From the NCBI GenBank assembly GCA_007693875.1, contig RECT01000212.1:1-43576 (forward strand): 43,576 nucleotides of DNA, given 5' to 3'. The first letter of the stretch is position 1; every line of letters begins with the position of its first letter. The notes below the pieces were generated by a model. The model saw nothing but the letters and a program-made list of their open reading frames with translations. It had not been told where the DNA came from and searched no databases. Positions 29,944 to 39,651 of the stretch are shown piece by piece. The position numbers and the translations under genes were made by a program. This DNA is from Spirulina sp. DLM2.Bin59. Its GTDB lineage: Bacteria > Cyanobacteriota > Cyanobacteriia > Cyanobacteriales > Spirulinaceae.

Positions 29944-31172
29944 CTCAATTCATCAATATCCTGCCAGATATCTGCAATCACATCCTCACCCTTATCTCCA
30001 GGTACGGTAGCGCCAAACAGATCATCCTCATCATCGCCAGAGAGGCCCCAATCCGTATCATCCTCATCCCCAAAAATATCCTCCGCATCCTCTAGGGCAA
30101 TCACCTCCTCTCCAGAGGCGACCCCCGCTTCAAACTCATCTTCTTCGGAAATGTCAAACAGACTATCATCGTCTGTGCCATCCTCTTCGGCTGCGAGGGC
30201 ATCACTGCCAAAAATGTCCCCACCAAGGTCGAAATCATCTTCCTCCTCGTCAGTTGTCAGATTGGTGGGTGCATCCTCAAAAATGCCATCGACGAGGGCA
30301 TCGCTGGCTTCTTCAATATCAAGATCATCGCCAAAGGGATCATCATCCCCAAAGGGATCCTCCTCCCCCTCTGAACCAAACAGATCCTCCTCCGAAGCAT
30401 CAGGGGCAATGGCCTCCGGTGTACTGTCATCATCCCCAAGGTCGAAATCATCCAACTCATCCCCAAAGTCCTCATCTGCCGCCGCTGCCGCAAAATCGAG
30501 ATCTTCGCCAAAATTTTCATCACCGCTGACGGTCAGATCGAGATCATCCTCACCCTCAAGGGTGAAATCAAGTTCCTCATCCTCCGTTTCATCCCAAAAC
30601 TCCGCCGCCGCTTGATCCCCATCGGATCTATCCCCTGCTGGGGTTCCACCATCGATGGCCAACTCTTCGGGGGTTTCCTCCGTTTCCGCGCCTAACCAAT
30701 CTTCCGCCTCCCCAGCGGTTTCCACTTCATCCAGGGCCAACTCTGACTCCCCCATTGCCACCGCTTCTAACAAATCATCATCGGGCAGACCCATATCCTG
30801 ATTCGCCGTCACCAATTCATCGGTGACGGGGGGTTTGGGGGCGATCGCCAGCTGCGGGGCAGCCGCTGGCGTTGCCGTGGGGGGGCGGTTGGGGGTTTGA
30901 ACCGTATCGGGGCAGAAATCAATGCTGATTTTTACCCTACCCTTGAGCCAACGACTAGCTCCGAATTTCAGGGCTTCGCAGGGGATCCCATCGGGGTTGA
31001 ACCACCCTTCTTTTTCCGTGGTGATGCCACCAATCCCATACTCAAGGAGTTGGGTTTTTAAAGCCGTGGCAATTTCACCAACACGGAAGGTGCGATGACC
31101 GATGAGGATCTGGAAAGACTCATCAACCGAAAGCACCTCATCTCCATCAAGGGGTTCAAAGCGATTTTCCAC
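29940..31172 (-). CDS. KGK-domain protein with very long acidic tail
   Basis: GIPCEAL...WLKGRVKISIDFCPD then about 290 aa rich in D/E; stop overlaps tilS start. Confidence 0.8.
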   Translation of the reverse strand: MENRFEPLDGDEVLSVDESFQILIGHRTFRVGEIATALKTQLLEYGIGGITTEKEGWFNPDGIPCEALKFGASRWLKGRVKISIDFCPDTVQTPNRPPTATPAAAPQLAIAPKPPVTDELVTANQDMGLPDDDLLEAVAMGESELALDEVETAGEAEDWLGAETEETPEELAIDGGTPAGDRSDGDQAAAEFWDETEDEELDFTLEGEDDLDLTVSGDENFGEDLDFAAAAADEDFGDELDDFDLGDDDSTPEAIAPDASEEDLFGSEGEEDPFGDDDPFGDDLDIEEASDALVDGIFEDAPTNLTTDEEEDDFDLGGDIFGSDALAAEEDGTDDDSLFDISEEDEFEAGVASGEEVIALEDAEDIFGDEDDTDWGLSGDDEDDLFGATVPGDKGEDVIADIWQDIDELS

Positions 31173-31312
31173 AGTTCTTTTACTCCACTGGTTAAGCGTT
31201 TCTCGTTAACCTGCCGGATTTGGACAGGGACACCATAATAAAGGGACATTGCCTAAAAGTTTAGGGTGAAATTCTCCCCCTGGGATCAAACAGGGTCGAT
31301 TTTTTTCTCACC

Positions 31313-32320
31313 CTAGAAAAACCATCCGTAGGAATGCAACCCTTTTCCTAACAAATTCACCCCAAGATAGCAAATCCAGACGACGACAAAACCGCTAGCG
31401 GCGAGAAGGGCGGGCTTGCGGCCCTGCCAACCTTTGGTGATCCGGGCGTGGAGATAGGCGGCAAAGACGAGCCAGGTGATCAAGGCCCAGGTTTCTTTCG
31501 GATCCCAACTCCAGTAGGAACCCCAGGCTTCATTGGCCCAGACGGCTCCGGCAATGATGCCAATGGTGAGGAGGGGAAAGCCCAAGCCGATGATCCGATA
31601 GCTGAGGTTATCGAGGGTGGCGGCGACGCTGAGGCGTTGGGGGGAAAGGGGCGGGGCTGTTAACTGGGGGAGGGTGGCGGTGGCGGTTCCGCCGCTGGCG
31701 GGATTGGTTTCAAGGGTGAGGGATTGGGTTGAGAGTTCCCGAAGGCGCTCCTCGGCGTTACTGTATCGATCGCCCCCAGTTCCGTAGGAGCTACCGTGGA
31801 GGGTAATGGCTTCTCCCTTCGTCCAAATTAAAAAGGCAATGGCCAGGAGCGCCCCCACCATTAAGGTGGCGTAACTGATCATCATGATGCTGACGTGCAT
31901 CATCAGCCAGTTGGATTTGAGGGCGGGAACCAGGGGTTCCGCCTGCTGCATTTCTGGGGGCAGGGTGAGGGCGGCAAAGGCGGTGATCCCCATGGCGAGG
32001 GGGGCGGTGAAGACACCTACGAGGGGCGATCGCATCATGTTTTCCGCCAAGAGGTGAATGGCGGTGATCCCCCAAGCGAGGAAAAAGAGGGATTCATAGA
32101 GATTGCTGAGGGGGAAATAGCCGGCTTCAATCCAGCGGGCCCCGAGGAGAAAGGCGATCGCCAAATTCGCGCTCACCATCCCAGCAGTTCCCAAGCTCTT
32201 CAGGTAGGGAATTTGGGGAAAGGCCGCCCCGGCCCAGTAAAGCAGCATCGTCACCAACAGCACCGCAAAGGCACTGTTATCGAGGGTATGTTGTAAACCA
32301 ATTAAATCCATAACTTCCAA
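31313..32320 (-). CDS. ccsA: Cytochrome c biogenesis protein CcsA (system II; also annotated ccsB)
   Basis: [40 protein letters not shown]. Confidence 0.96.
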   Translation of the reverse strand: MEVMDLIGLQHTLDNSAFAVLLVTMLLYWAGAAFPQIPYLKSLGTAGMVSANLAIAFLLGARWIEAGYFPLSNLYESLFFLAWGITAIHLLAENMMRSPLVGVFTAPLAMGITAFAALTLPPEMQQAEPLVPALKSNWLMMHVSIMMISYATLMVGALLAIAFLIWTKGEAITLHGSSYGTGGDRYSNAEERLRELSTQSLTLETNPASGGTATATLPQLTAPPLSPQRLSVAATLDNLSYRIIGLGFPLLTIGIIAGAVWANEAWGSYWSWDPKETWALITWLVFAAYLHARITKGWQGRKPALLAASGFVVVWICYLGVNLLGKGLHSYGWFF

Positions 32321-32483
32321 CCAGGGCAGACTCTACCACTGTCCTCCAGGGGCGACAGCGGCAGGATGGGCCTGTTTATGATAGCTCAAAGCGTTTCCCT
32401 TTCTCTCTGGCTCAGGGCTATCGTCAGGGATGTGAAACCGTTGTATGCTGAGTCAGCGTCCTCTTGTTTGTAGTCTCAACCCT

Positions 32484-32894
32484 ATGTCCCCCTCGCTGAC
32501 GGCAGCCCGCCAACTTCTTGATCAATACAGTTGTGTGGAGCAAAAGCAGATTAACTCCGATGATGAGCGGCAAGCCCTTCAAAATGCGGTCTTGCAGATT
32601 GTCGCCGCTTCCGAAGGAGAAAACTTTGGGGTTTGTGCCGATAATGCCCAACAGGGCTACCGCGCCCTCGGGAGTTATCTCGCCGCCTGTGGGTATCCAG
32701 TCCCCTTCGACCCTGCATCCATCCCCCCTGACCCTGCCCCGGTCTATATCAAATTCATCGGGACTAGCCAAAAACACTACGCCGAACCCTACGAAGGTCA
32801 ATATCGCGGGGTCTTGGTCTCCTGCCAAGCTGAGGAAGATCTCGTCAATGGCACCTATGGCCATTTGCCCTTAGATCTGTTTCATCCCGTTTAG
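32484..32894 (+). CDS. DUF1824-like cyanobacterial protein
   Basis: GVCAD, VYIKF, YRGVLVSCQ, GTYGHLPLDLF; start uncertain (32445 or 32484). Confidence 0.8.
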   Translation: MSPSLTAARQLLDQYSCVEQKQINSDDERQALQNAVLQIVAASEGENFGVCADNAQQGYRALGSYLAACGYPVPFDPASIPPDPAPVYIKFIGTSQKHYAEPYEGQYRGVLVSCQAEEDLVNGTYGHLPLDLFHPV

Positions 32895-32950
32895 GGAGAA
32901 TTGCCCGCGTTAACCTCTTTATCGCCAATCTCTCCTCTGATGCTCGCTCC

Positions 32951-33904
32951 ATGATCATGGCCCCCTCTCCCCGTCAAAATCAGTTCATCGTAGGTTGCTG
33001 GCAACTGGATGACCGCTGTTGGCTCAGTCTCCCTGTTAATGAAATCCAGCGCAGTATTGATACTTACCTCGCCTGGGGTGTGAACAGCTTTGACACCGCC
33101 GATATCTACGGCCGCAGTGAAAAGCTCCTCGGGCATTGTCTCAAAGGCCGGGATGATTGCCGCATTTTCACGAAAATGGTCTTTTTCGACGAAATTCCCT
33201 CCCCCCAACACATTCAGTACAAACTGGAAAATTCCCTCCGCAACCTCCAACGGGACTATCTCGATAATGTCCAAGTCCATTGGCATCATCCTGAACTTGA
33301 TTTTGCCCCCCTGTGGGAAAAGCTCTGCACCTACCAAGCCCAGGGGAAAATTCGTCAATTGGGCGCGACGAACTTTTCCGTGCCGATGCTCACAAAAGCT
33401 CTAAAATACGCCCCCATCCAAACCCATCAGGTGCAATATAGCCTGATCGATCGCCGGGTGGAAGCGGCGATGCAAGCCCTCTGTTTGGAGCGGGGGATTA
33501 CGATTTTGCCCTACGGGTCCCTAGCGGGGGGGTTTCTCTCGAATAAATTCCTGAAATTTGACCAGCAGCCCCCCCAAGAGATGGATCATGGCCGCACGTT
33601 CCACTACACGACAATGATTGCTCAACATGGCGGTTGGCCGGGGGTGCAAAGTTTATTGCAAATCATGGCCAAAATTGCTAAAGGCTACAACCTCACCATC
33701 TCTCAGGTTGCCCTCCAATGGCTCCACCATCAGCCCGGCGTAGGGCCGATCATTACGGGTCTGACGACGAACCGCCAACAGATTCAGCAAAATATGGAGT
33801 CCCTCGATCGCCCCATTGCCGCCGCTGATCTGCAAACCCTTTCGGATACGTCCCGCCAACTGATCCCCCAAGCTGGGGATGTTTATTCCTATGAACGGGG
33901 TTAG
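32951..33904 (+). CDS. Aldo/keto reductase
   Basis: DTADIYG, TK, QVHW tetrad; GKIRQLGATNF; QVQYSLIDRR. Confidence 0.92.
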   Translation: MIMAPSPRQNQFIVGCWQLDDRCWLSLPVNEIQRSIDTYLAWGVNSFDTADIYGRSEKLLGHCLKGRDDCRIFTKMVFFDEIPSPQHIQYKLENSLRNLQRDYLDNVQVHWHHPELDFAPLWEKLCTYQAQGKIRQLGATNFSVPMLTKALKYAPIQTHQVQYSLIDRRVEAAMQALCLERGITILPYGSLAGGFLSNKFLKFDQQPPQEMDHGRTFHYTTMIAQHGGWPGVQSLLQIMAKIAKGYNLTISQVALQWLHHQPGVGPIITGLTTNRQQIQQNMESLDRPIAAADLQTLSDTSRQLIPQAGDVYSYERG

Positions 33905-33910
33905 GCAATT

Positions 33911-33981
33911 TTAGACGGGCTCTGCTGCAATTGCAGCTTGATCCCAGAATCCCCCGTTTTTTAAACGGGGGAGTAGGTCAA
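33911..33981 (+). mobile_element. IS200/IS605-like right-end remnant (copy 2)
   Basis: GAATCCCCCGTTT-TTT-AAACGGGGGAGTAGG-TCAA: subterminal hairpin then TCAA; upstream GCTGCAATTGCAGC palindrome. Confidence 0.6.
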
Positions 33982-33985
33982 AGCT

Positions 33986-35527
33986 CTAGGTTAGATTCTC
34001 CCCCTGAGCAGGGAGGGGAGTGGGTTGCCCATCTGGTTTGCCCTCCCTCAGGGTTTGGGATTGAATATGGAGCGGTTTGTACCAGTGGTGATAGATGCCG
34101 CAGGTTAACAGTACAATTATACTACCTTGCGCAATGTACATCTCATGGGAAATCCAAGGCCCAAGGGTCATGTAGTAAAATTGGGTGGGAAATTCACGCA
34201 ACTCGCCCCCGACATCACCAATTTTTAGCCATACCTTAGATAGGAATAGCGACACAACTAAAGCCTGCCAAGATTTTTGAATTGTCCAGTTTTTTGTTTC
34301 AATATATTGCACTAGAAAGGCCACTAAAATCGGAATAATATTCACCAAATGGCGGGATTCACTCCCTAAAGCTAGGGTAATGCTTAACATCAGCCATAGG
34401 GTTAATCCCATACCATAGCTGCGGGCAGACTTACAAATGGGCTGCCAGAGAAAGGTGATCAAAATGATCAAAGGCCCCCAATAGAGCACATGGGCAATCC
34501 AAAAAACACCAGGCTGTAAAATACTGGTCAAAATCCTCAAATAGAGGTTATGACCAAAGGTCATATCATTGCCTGGTGCAGTGGCAATTTGGATGGTGAG
34601 ATATTCAATCACACCCAAAAAAAGGATCGTCCCATAGAAAGATTTAGCGCTGAAATATTGTCGCCATGCTGACCATTGAATTAACCGTTGATCCTTCAGC
34701 AATTCTGCAAGGCTGAGGAGGAGATAGGTGACGGCGATCGCCGCACTGAGATAACCCACCGATTCGATGGGTTTACCGCGATTCAGATAGTCATTTTCCC
34801 CCGGAATCAGGGCGTGCATATAGATAAATGCGCCGATGCTAGGCACAGCAGCAAGGGCATAACGCCAGGGCCAGCGGGTGGTAGATTGTAAGGCAAGTTG
34901 GGGATGATCACTACGGGGAAATAGCAAGAAGAGTGTGCCCATGTAAACCGCCGAAGGCCAGGTGAAGGAGCCAATAAATGTTAACCCGTAGAGGGGTAAA
35001 GATTTGCGGGCGAGATAGCAATAAAACATGCCGATGCCGATGGCATAGGCGATGGCATCGGTACGAACGGATATATAGGTTAATTCTTTAAGCACAAAGA
35101 AGTTTACAAATACACCGATCGCTCCCAACCAAAAGCCCATCGCCTGAATACGCAATATTTCGCAAATCTTCAGCCACATCCAGGCCGCCACCGCCAAACT
35201 AAAGGTATTGACCAGGATAAAAGCGGTAATCACATTCTCCGGGGTCAGATCAACAAAACTCAGCTTAAGCAAACAAAACACCACCAGAGAGGGAAAGCTG
35301 CGCGCTGCCCAAAATCGATTGACATTATCTTGTAGTCGGTTGAAAAAATCCTGTGCTAGTTCACCGTAGAGTAGATCAAAACCAAATCCTGAATTGATAT
35401 TAATTCGATCTGGATTAACCAACATCCACAGGCCCCATAGCAACACGGCACCCACGAGAATAAAACCTCGTCGGTGTTGTTCGGAATTTAAATATTTAGG
35501 CATGCGCTGAAATACGGAAAAAGCCAT
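33986..35527 (-). CDS. Polytopic membrane protein of unknown function (possibly GT-C fold)
   Basis: About 12 hydrophobic segments, 513 aa, lower GC than neighbours. Confidence 0.7.
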   Translation of the reverse strand: MAFSVFQRMPKYLNSEQHRRGFILVGAVLLWGLWMLVNPDRININSGFGFDLLYGELAQDFFNRLQDNVNRFWAARSFPSLVVFCLLKLSFVDLTPENVITAFILVNTFSLAVAAWMWLKICEILRIQAMGFWLGAIGVFVNFFVLKELTYISVRTDAIAYAIGIGMFYCYLARKSLPLYGLTFIGSFTWPSAVYMGTLFLLFPRSDHPQLALQSTTRWPWRYALAAVPSIGAFIYMHALIPGENDYLNRGKPIESVGYLSAAIAVTYLLLSLAELLKDQRLIQWSAWRQYFSAKSFYGTILFLGVIEYLTIQIATAPGNDMTFGHNLYLRILTSILQPGVFWIAHVLYWGPLIILITFLWQPICKSARSYGMGLTLWLMLSITLALGSESRHLVNIIPILVAFLVQYIETKNWTIQKSWQALVVSLFLSKVWLKIGDVGGELREFPTQFYYMTLGPWISHEMYIAQGSIIVLLTCGIYHHWYKPLHIQSQTLREGKPDGQPTPLPAQGENLT

Positions 35528-35712
35528 GAAAACAAAAAAAAAGTACGGCTATAATACCACACTAAAACAAAAAGGTTAGATTTTTTGTAGATGGCGGTTT
35601 CTTAATCGATGCGGTGTGGTAGTACCTCGCCCTTGCTGGGAGAGGGGGTGAGGGCTAGAGCCTGGCCAAAACCCCGTAGGCGCGAAAAACCTTGCGTCCC
35701 CAGGTTTGAGAT

Positions 35713-35815
35713 GTATAGCAGTAGCGAAGGGGGTTAGGACATCGCTTAGGCACTGCCCACCGGGAGAGGGTTTCGGATTTCTGAAACGTCCTAATAATAC
35801 TGACTACTGCTATAC
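35713..35815. mobile_element. About 100-bp MITE with TA-flanked bipartite inverted ends (IS630-like)
   Basis: GTATAGCAGTAG-N9-TTAGGAC ... GTCCTAA-N9-CTACTGCTATAC. Confidence 0.8.
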
Positions 35816-35816
35816 C

Positions 35817-36212
35817 TTAGGCTAATTGGGCGATCAACGCCTCTACTCGGGTTTTAATTTCATCCCTGACCCGCTGGAATGTTGTCAAAGGTTTGCCATC
35901 CGGGTCTTCTAATTCCCAATCGGCAAACACCTGCCGCAATACCCAAGCCTCGGGCAAGTTCACCCCACAACCACAGAGGGAAATCACCGCATCATAATCT
36001 TCGGCTTTAAAGGCATCGAGGGGATCAGAGGTTTGGCCCGTGATATCAATGCCGATTTCCTCCATTACTTGGATCGCTGTGGGATGGACACGGCTAGCTT
36101 CTAGGCCCGAGGAAGTGACGTTAATTTTGCCAGCGCCGAGGGTTTTGGCGAAGCCTTCCGCCATTTGGGAACGGCAGGAATTGCGCTTGCAAACGAACAT
36201 GACATTTTTCAT
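35817..36212 (-). CDS. arsC: Arsenate reductase, cyanobacterial glutaredoxin-dependent LMW-PTP type
   Basis: CKRNSCRSQMAEG and SLCGCG; ATG at 36212. Confidence 0.95.
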   Translation of the reverse strand: MKNVMFVCKRNSCRSQMAEGFAKTLGAGKINVTSSGLEASRVHPTAIQVMEEIGIDITGQTSDPLDAFKAEDYDAVISLCGCGVNLPEAWVLRQVFADWELEDPDGKPLTTFQRVRDEIKTRVEALIAQLA

Positions 36213-36234
36213 GGTTTTTTGGGGGAATGGGAGA

Positions 36235-37398
36235 TTATTGAGGGGATTGCGCCAGAAGGTCAGCACAGCGGGGATCGCAGAGGGTGGCTTTTTCCGGTTC
36301 GCGGGGGAACCAGAAGGCGGTTCGTTTGCAAAATTCAACGAGCATCAGCATCACCGGCACTTCGATTAAAACCCCCACGACGGTAGCCAAAGCTGCCCCG
36401 GAGTTCAGGCCGAAGAGCATGACAGCGGTGGCGATCGCCACCTCAAAATGATTACTCGCCCCAATCAATGCCGCCGGAGCCGCATCTTCATAGGACATTT
36501 TCATTTTCCACGCCGCCACATAGGTAATCCCAAAAATGAGATTGGTTTGAATAAACAGGGGAACGGCAATGAGTACGATATGCAGGGGATTTTCCACAAT
36601 CACATCCCCTTTAAAGGCAAACAGCAGAATTAATGTGGTTAATAATGCCAAGGTAGCGATGGGGCCTAATTTGGGCAGAAAAACCCCCTCAAACCAAGCC
36701 CGGCCTTTATTTTGTAATGCCCAAGTTCGGGTAAACATCCCCGCCGCTAACGGTAAACCCACATAGATCAGCACCGAAAACACAATGGTTTGCCAGGGTA
36801 CGGTTAAATCATTCACCGCTAACAGCCATTTCCCCAAAGGGGCATAGAGAAACAGCATTGCCAGAGAATTCACCGCCACCATCACTAAGGTATGGCCTTG
36901 GTTACTGTAGGAGAGATAACCCCACATCAACACCATGGCGGTACAGGGGGCAATTCCCAATAAAATAGCCCCGGCAATGTAGGAGTTAGCAAGGCTGGTT
37001 TCCACGCCCCGAATCATTTCCGTTTGGGTTAATAGGGGTTGAAAAAGTTGTCCTAGAAACACTTGGGCTAACAACACCATTGTCAGGGGTTTAATTAGCC
37101 AATTCACCACCAGCGTTAAAATCACTGGCTTAGGCGTTTTAGCGGCTTTTACCGCCTGGGAAAAGTCAATTTTCACCATAATCGGATACATCATCGCAAA
37201 GAGACAGATGGCGATGGGAATCGAGACTTGGTAGATGCTCATGGCATCGAGGGCCACGGCAATATTGGGAAAGACGCGCCCGAGGATCACCCCAGCGACA
37301 ATGCAGAGGGCGACCCAGAGGGTGAGGTATTTCTCAAAAATATTCAGTTGTCCCCCGGCCTGGACGGCCTTCGGGTTAACGGTGGGTGGACTGGCCAT
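36235..37398 (-). CDS. acr3: ACR3-family arsenite efflux transporter
   Basis: [31 protein letters not shown]. Confidence 0.95.
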   Translation of the reverse strand: MASPPTVNPKAVQAGGQLNIFEKYLTLWVALCIVAGVILGRVFPNIAVALDAMSIYQVSIPIAICLFAMMYPIMVKIDFSQAVKAAKTPKPVILTLVVNWLIKPLTMVLLAQVFLGQLFQPLLTQTEMIRGVETSLANSYIAGAILLGIAPCTAMVLMWGYLSYSNQGHTLVMVAVNSLAMLFLYAPLGKWLLAVNDLTVPWQTIVFSVLIYVGLPLAAGMFTRTWALQNKGRAWFEGVFLPKLGPIATLALLTTLILLFAFKGDVIVENPLHIVLIAVPLFIQTNLIFGITYVAAWKMKMSYEDAAPAALIGASNHFEVAIATAVMLFGLNSGAALATVVGVLIEVPVMLMLVEFCKRTAFWFPREPEKATLCDPRCADLLAQSPQ

Positions 37399-37402
37399 AG
37401 GT

Positions 37403-37434
37403 TCATATCAAAAAAACTTGATATGAGGATTGTA
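37403..37434 (-). promoter_or_regulatory. ArsR operator plus -10 box of acr3-arsC
   Basis: TCATATCAA-N6-TTGATATGA palindrome at 37403-37426 (minus strand ATCAAGTTTTTTTGAT); TACAAT on minus strand at 37429-37434. Confidence 0.8.
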
Positions 37435-37656
37435 GCATCCTTGGGGAGGGGCGATCGCTCCCCCACAGATTACTCAACCATGAGATGCTGCCCAAACCTG
37501 TACCGGCTCAGGGTGTTCGGGGTTAAGAATAATACGAATATAGGGCTTTTGGGGATCGTAGCGATCGCCCCCAAGGACAAACCGAAGTCCCACAACCCGG
37601 TTTATTATACCGGTGGAGGGGTCTATGCTGGTTTTTTATTGCGCATTGGGTCAACT

Positions 37657-38286
37657 ATGGAGCGTTTGGTGAATTTGTCGATTGTGATTATTGCGGGGGC
37701 GGCGGAAATGACGGTGGCGGAGGCGCTGGCCCAAGTGATCAACCTTGATCACCGCAATGTGGGGATCACCCCCGTTGCCCCTAGGGTTCCAGAGCCGGGG
37801 GTGATCTACTGTCCCCTGACGCTGGATTTACCGGATACTTTCCCCGCTATTTATCGCCATTGCCGCGATCGCCCCGCCCAACGGGCTTGGGTAGCAACCA
37901 CGCTCAACTACCCCACGGGGGAGGGGGATCTGTGGTTGCCGGTGATTTGGACGGCCAAGGGGCCGCTCTATGGGGAAGCCATCGCCCCGGAGCAAACCCC
38001 CGCCCAACCCTTCCACCTCAAGGATCAACGGCGGCAACCCCTTTATGCTTTGGCTTATCAGCTTTTGCGCCATTACGAGGCGATCCCCTCGGTGTATATG
38101 CTCAAATTTGCCCTAGGGGAGCAGGATATTATTTTCGATCACCTCATCCCCTTTCCCAATCCTGCCGCCCTTGGTTCTGTGGGGATACAAACCCCCGATC
38201 TGCCCACCTGCCATTGGCTCTGTTTAAGTGAGCAGCCGATTCGGGATGTGGTGATTTCCAATTCCCTTGCTGAGATCAACCGGTAG
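37657..38286 (+). CDS. Hypothetical protein, probably conserved in cyanobacteria
   Basis: WLPVIWTAKGPLYGEAI, RQPLY, FDHLIPFP; the ORF-track extension overlaps acr3 and is unlikely. Confidence 0.7.
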   Translation: MERLVNLSIVIIAGAAEMTVAEALAQVINLDHRNVGITPVAPRVPEPGVIYCPLTLDLPDTFPAIYRHCRDRPAQRAWVATTLNYPTGEGDLWLPVIWTAKGPLYGEAIAPEQTPAQPFHLKDQRRQPLYALAYQLLRHYEAIPSVYMLKFALGEQDIIFDHLIPFPNPAALGSVGIQTPDLPTCHWLCLSEQPIRDVVISNSLAEINR

Positions 38287-38342
38287 GGGCGAAAAATTTT
38301 TCACCCCTCTCCCATCATTTTTCGCCCCTCTCCCATCATTTT
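38283..38342. repeat. Uninterrupted REP palindrome plus 21-bp tandem duplication
   Basis: GTAGGGGCGAAAAATTTTTCACCCCT; TTTTTCRCCCCTCTCCCATCA x2 at 38297-38338. Confidence 0.8.
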
Positions 38343-38360
38343 GCAACTGGATGCTTGATG

Positions 38361-39422
38361 TTAACGGCGGGGTGGGGGGAAGCGATAGAGCACCTGCCCC
38401 AATTCATTCCTGAGGATTGTCACCAAATCGGGGTCTTCCAGGGTTTGGGCGACGGCGATCGCATTTTCATACAGCCCCCGCGCCTCCGCCCCCCGGCCCA
38501 GGAGGAAATGATACTGGGCATAGAGATGGAGGCCCCGCAATTCCAAGCGAGTATTCTCGGTGGCCCGGGCCAAATTAATCCAATCATCAAGGGCCTGGAA
38601 CGCATTCGTCCAGCGGCGCATCACGCCATAGGAAAAAGCCAACCCCTGTAACGCCCGAAACTGGTTGCGAATATCCCCCTCCCGTTGGGCATACCAGCGG
38701 GCGAGGCGATATTCTGCCACTGCTTGGGGATGACGGTCTAGGGCCTTGTAGGCATCCCCCATATTATTGAGGGTGTAGGCATGGCCGCCAATATGTTGAT
38801 GGCGACGGCGCAGCACCCAAGCCGCCTCATAGATGGGAATTGCGCCGCTATAGTCCCCCTGACTGGCCAAGGCTAACCCCAAATTACTCAAACTCAACCC
38901 CTCCCCTGCCTCACTGCCAATGCGGCGGGCAATCTCCACCGCTTGGCGGAATGTCACCTCCGCATTGCGGGGATCGCTACGGTTGAGGAGCATTGTGCCA
39001 ATGTTATTCAAGGCGTAGATCTGCCGTTGTTCATGGCCTAAATCCCTGGCGGCGGCGAGGCTTTGGCGAAAGGCCTGATCTGCTTCTGGGAAATAGCCTA
39101 ATTGGAGATAGGTAATCCCCAAATGCTCCTGGACAACCCCCATGGCTTCCGTATCCCGCAAGGCTCGGTAACGCTCTAACGCACCTCGCCACAGTTGAAT
39201 CGCCTTGGCTAAATCCCCCTCCCGTTGGGCCGCTTGCCCCAGTTGAAAGAGGCGATGGGCTTCTTGGTGGGCGGGGGTGATGGGTTCTTGGATGGGGGGG
39301 ATGGCCAGTTGATCATTAAGGCGATCGACTCCTTGGGCGAGGCTGGGGAGAGCCGTTAGGCTGAGGAGGAGAACAGCCCAGGCGGGGGAAGAGCGCAACC
39401 AGTGGGAATGAAGCATGATCAT
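38361..39422 (-). CDS. Exported tetratricopeptide-repeat protein
   Basis: Signal peptide; repeated LNNIG/LSNLG/LNNMG about 40-aa repeats. Confidence 0.88.
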   Translation of the reverse strand: MIMLHSHWLRSSPAWAVLLLSLTALPSLAQGVDRLNDQLAIPPIQEPITPAHQEAHRLFQLGQAAQREGDLAKAIQLWRGALERYRALRDTEAMGVVQEHLGITYLQLGYFPEADQAFRQSLAAARDLGHEQRQIYALNNIGTMLLNRSDPRNAEVTFRQAVEIARRIGSEAGEGLSLSNLGLALASQGDYSGAIPIYEAAWVLRRRHQHIGGHAYTLNNMGDAYKALDRHPQAVAEYRLARWYAQREGDIRNQFRALQGLAFSYGVMRRWTNAFQALDDWINLARATENTRLELRGLHLYAQYHFLLGRGAEARGLYENAIAVAQTLEDPDLVTILRNELGQVLYRFPPPRR

Positions 39423-39453
39423 TTATCGCAATCCTCAATCAATGGTCAAGTCA

Positions 39454-39645
39454 GCCCTCACCCCCAGCCCCTCTCCCAAGTCGGGAGAGGGGAGCCGTCA
39501 AGTTCACGAATCAAGCCGGGTTGCTATCGGTGAGCGGGGATCCAGTTGATGGATGGGCAGAGAGGCGAGAATCTTAAATCTTTCGCCCCGACATCAACGT
39601 TCAAAGTCCCTCTCCCAAGTTGGGAGAGGGATTTAGGGTGAGGGC
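39454..39645. repeat. Inverted pair of CCCTCTCCC..GGGAGAGGG hairpin repeats
   Basis: GCCCTCACCC...CCCTCTCCCAAGTCGGGAGAGGG and CCCTCTCCCAAGTTGGGAGAGGG...GGGTGAGGGC. Confidence 0.8.
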
Positions 39646-39651
39646 AAGGCA

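Noticed and set aside
29920-30615. 231-aa serine-rich ORF
   Set aside because: Antisense shadow of the GAT/GAA-rich acidic tail
37228-37656. N-terminal extension of the 352-aa ORF
   Set aside because: Overlaps the acr3 start and its operator
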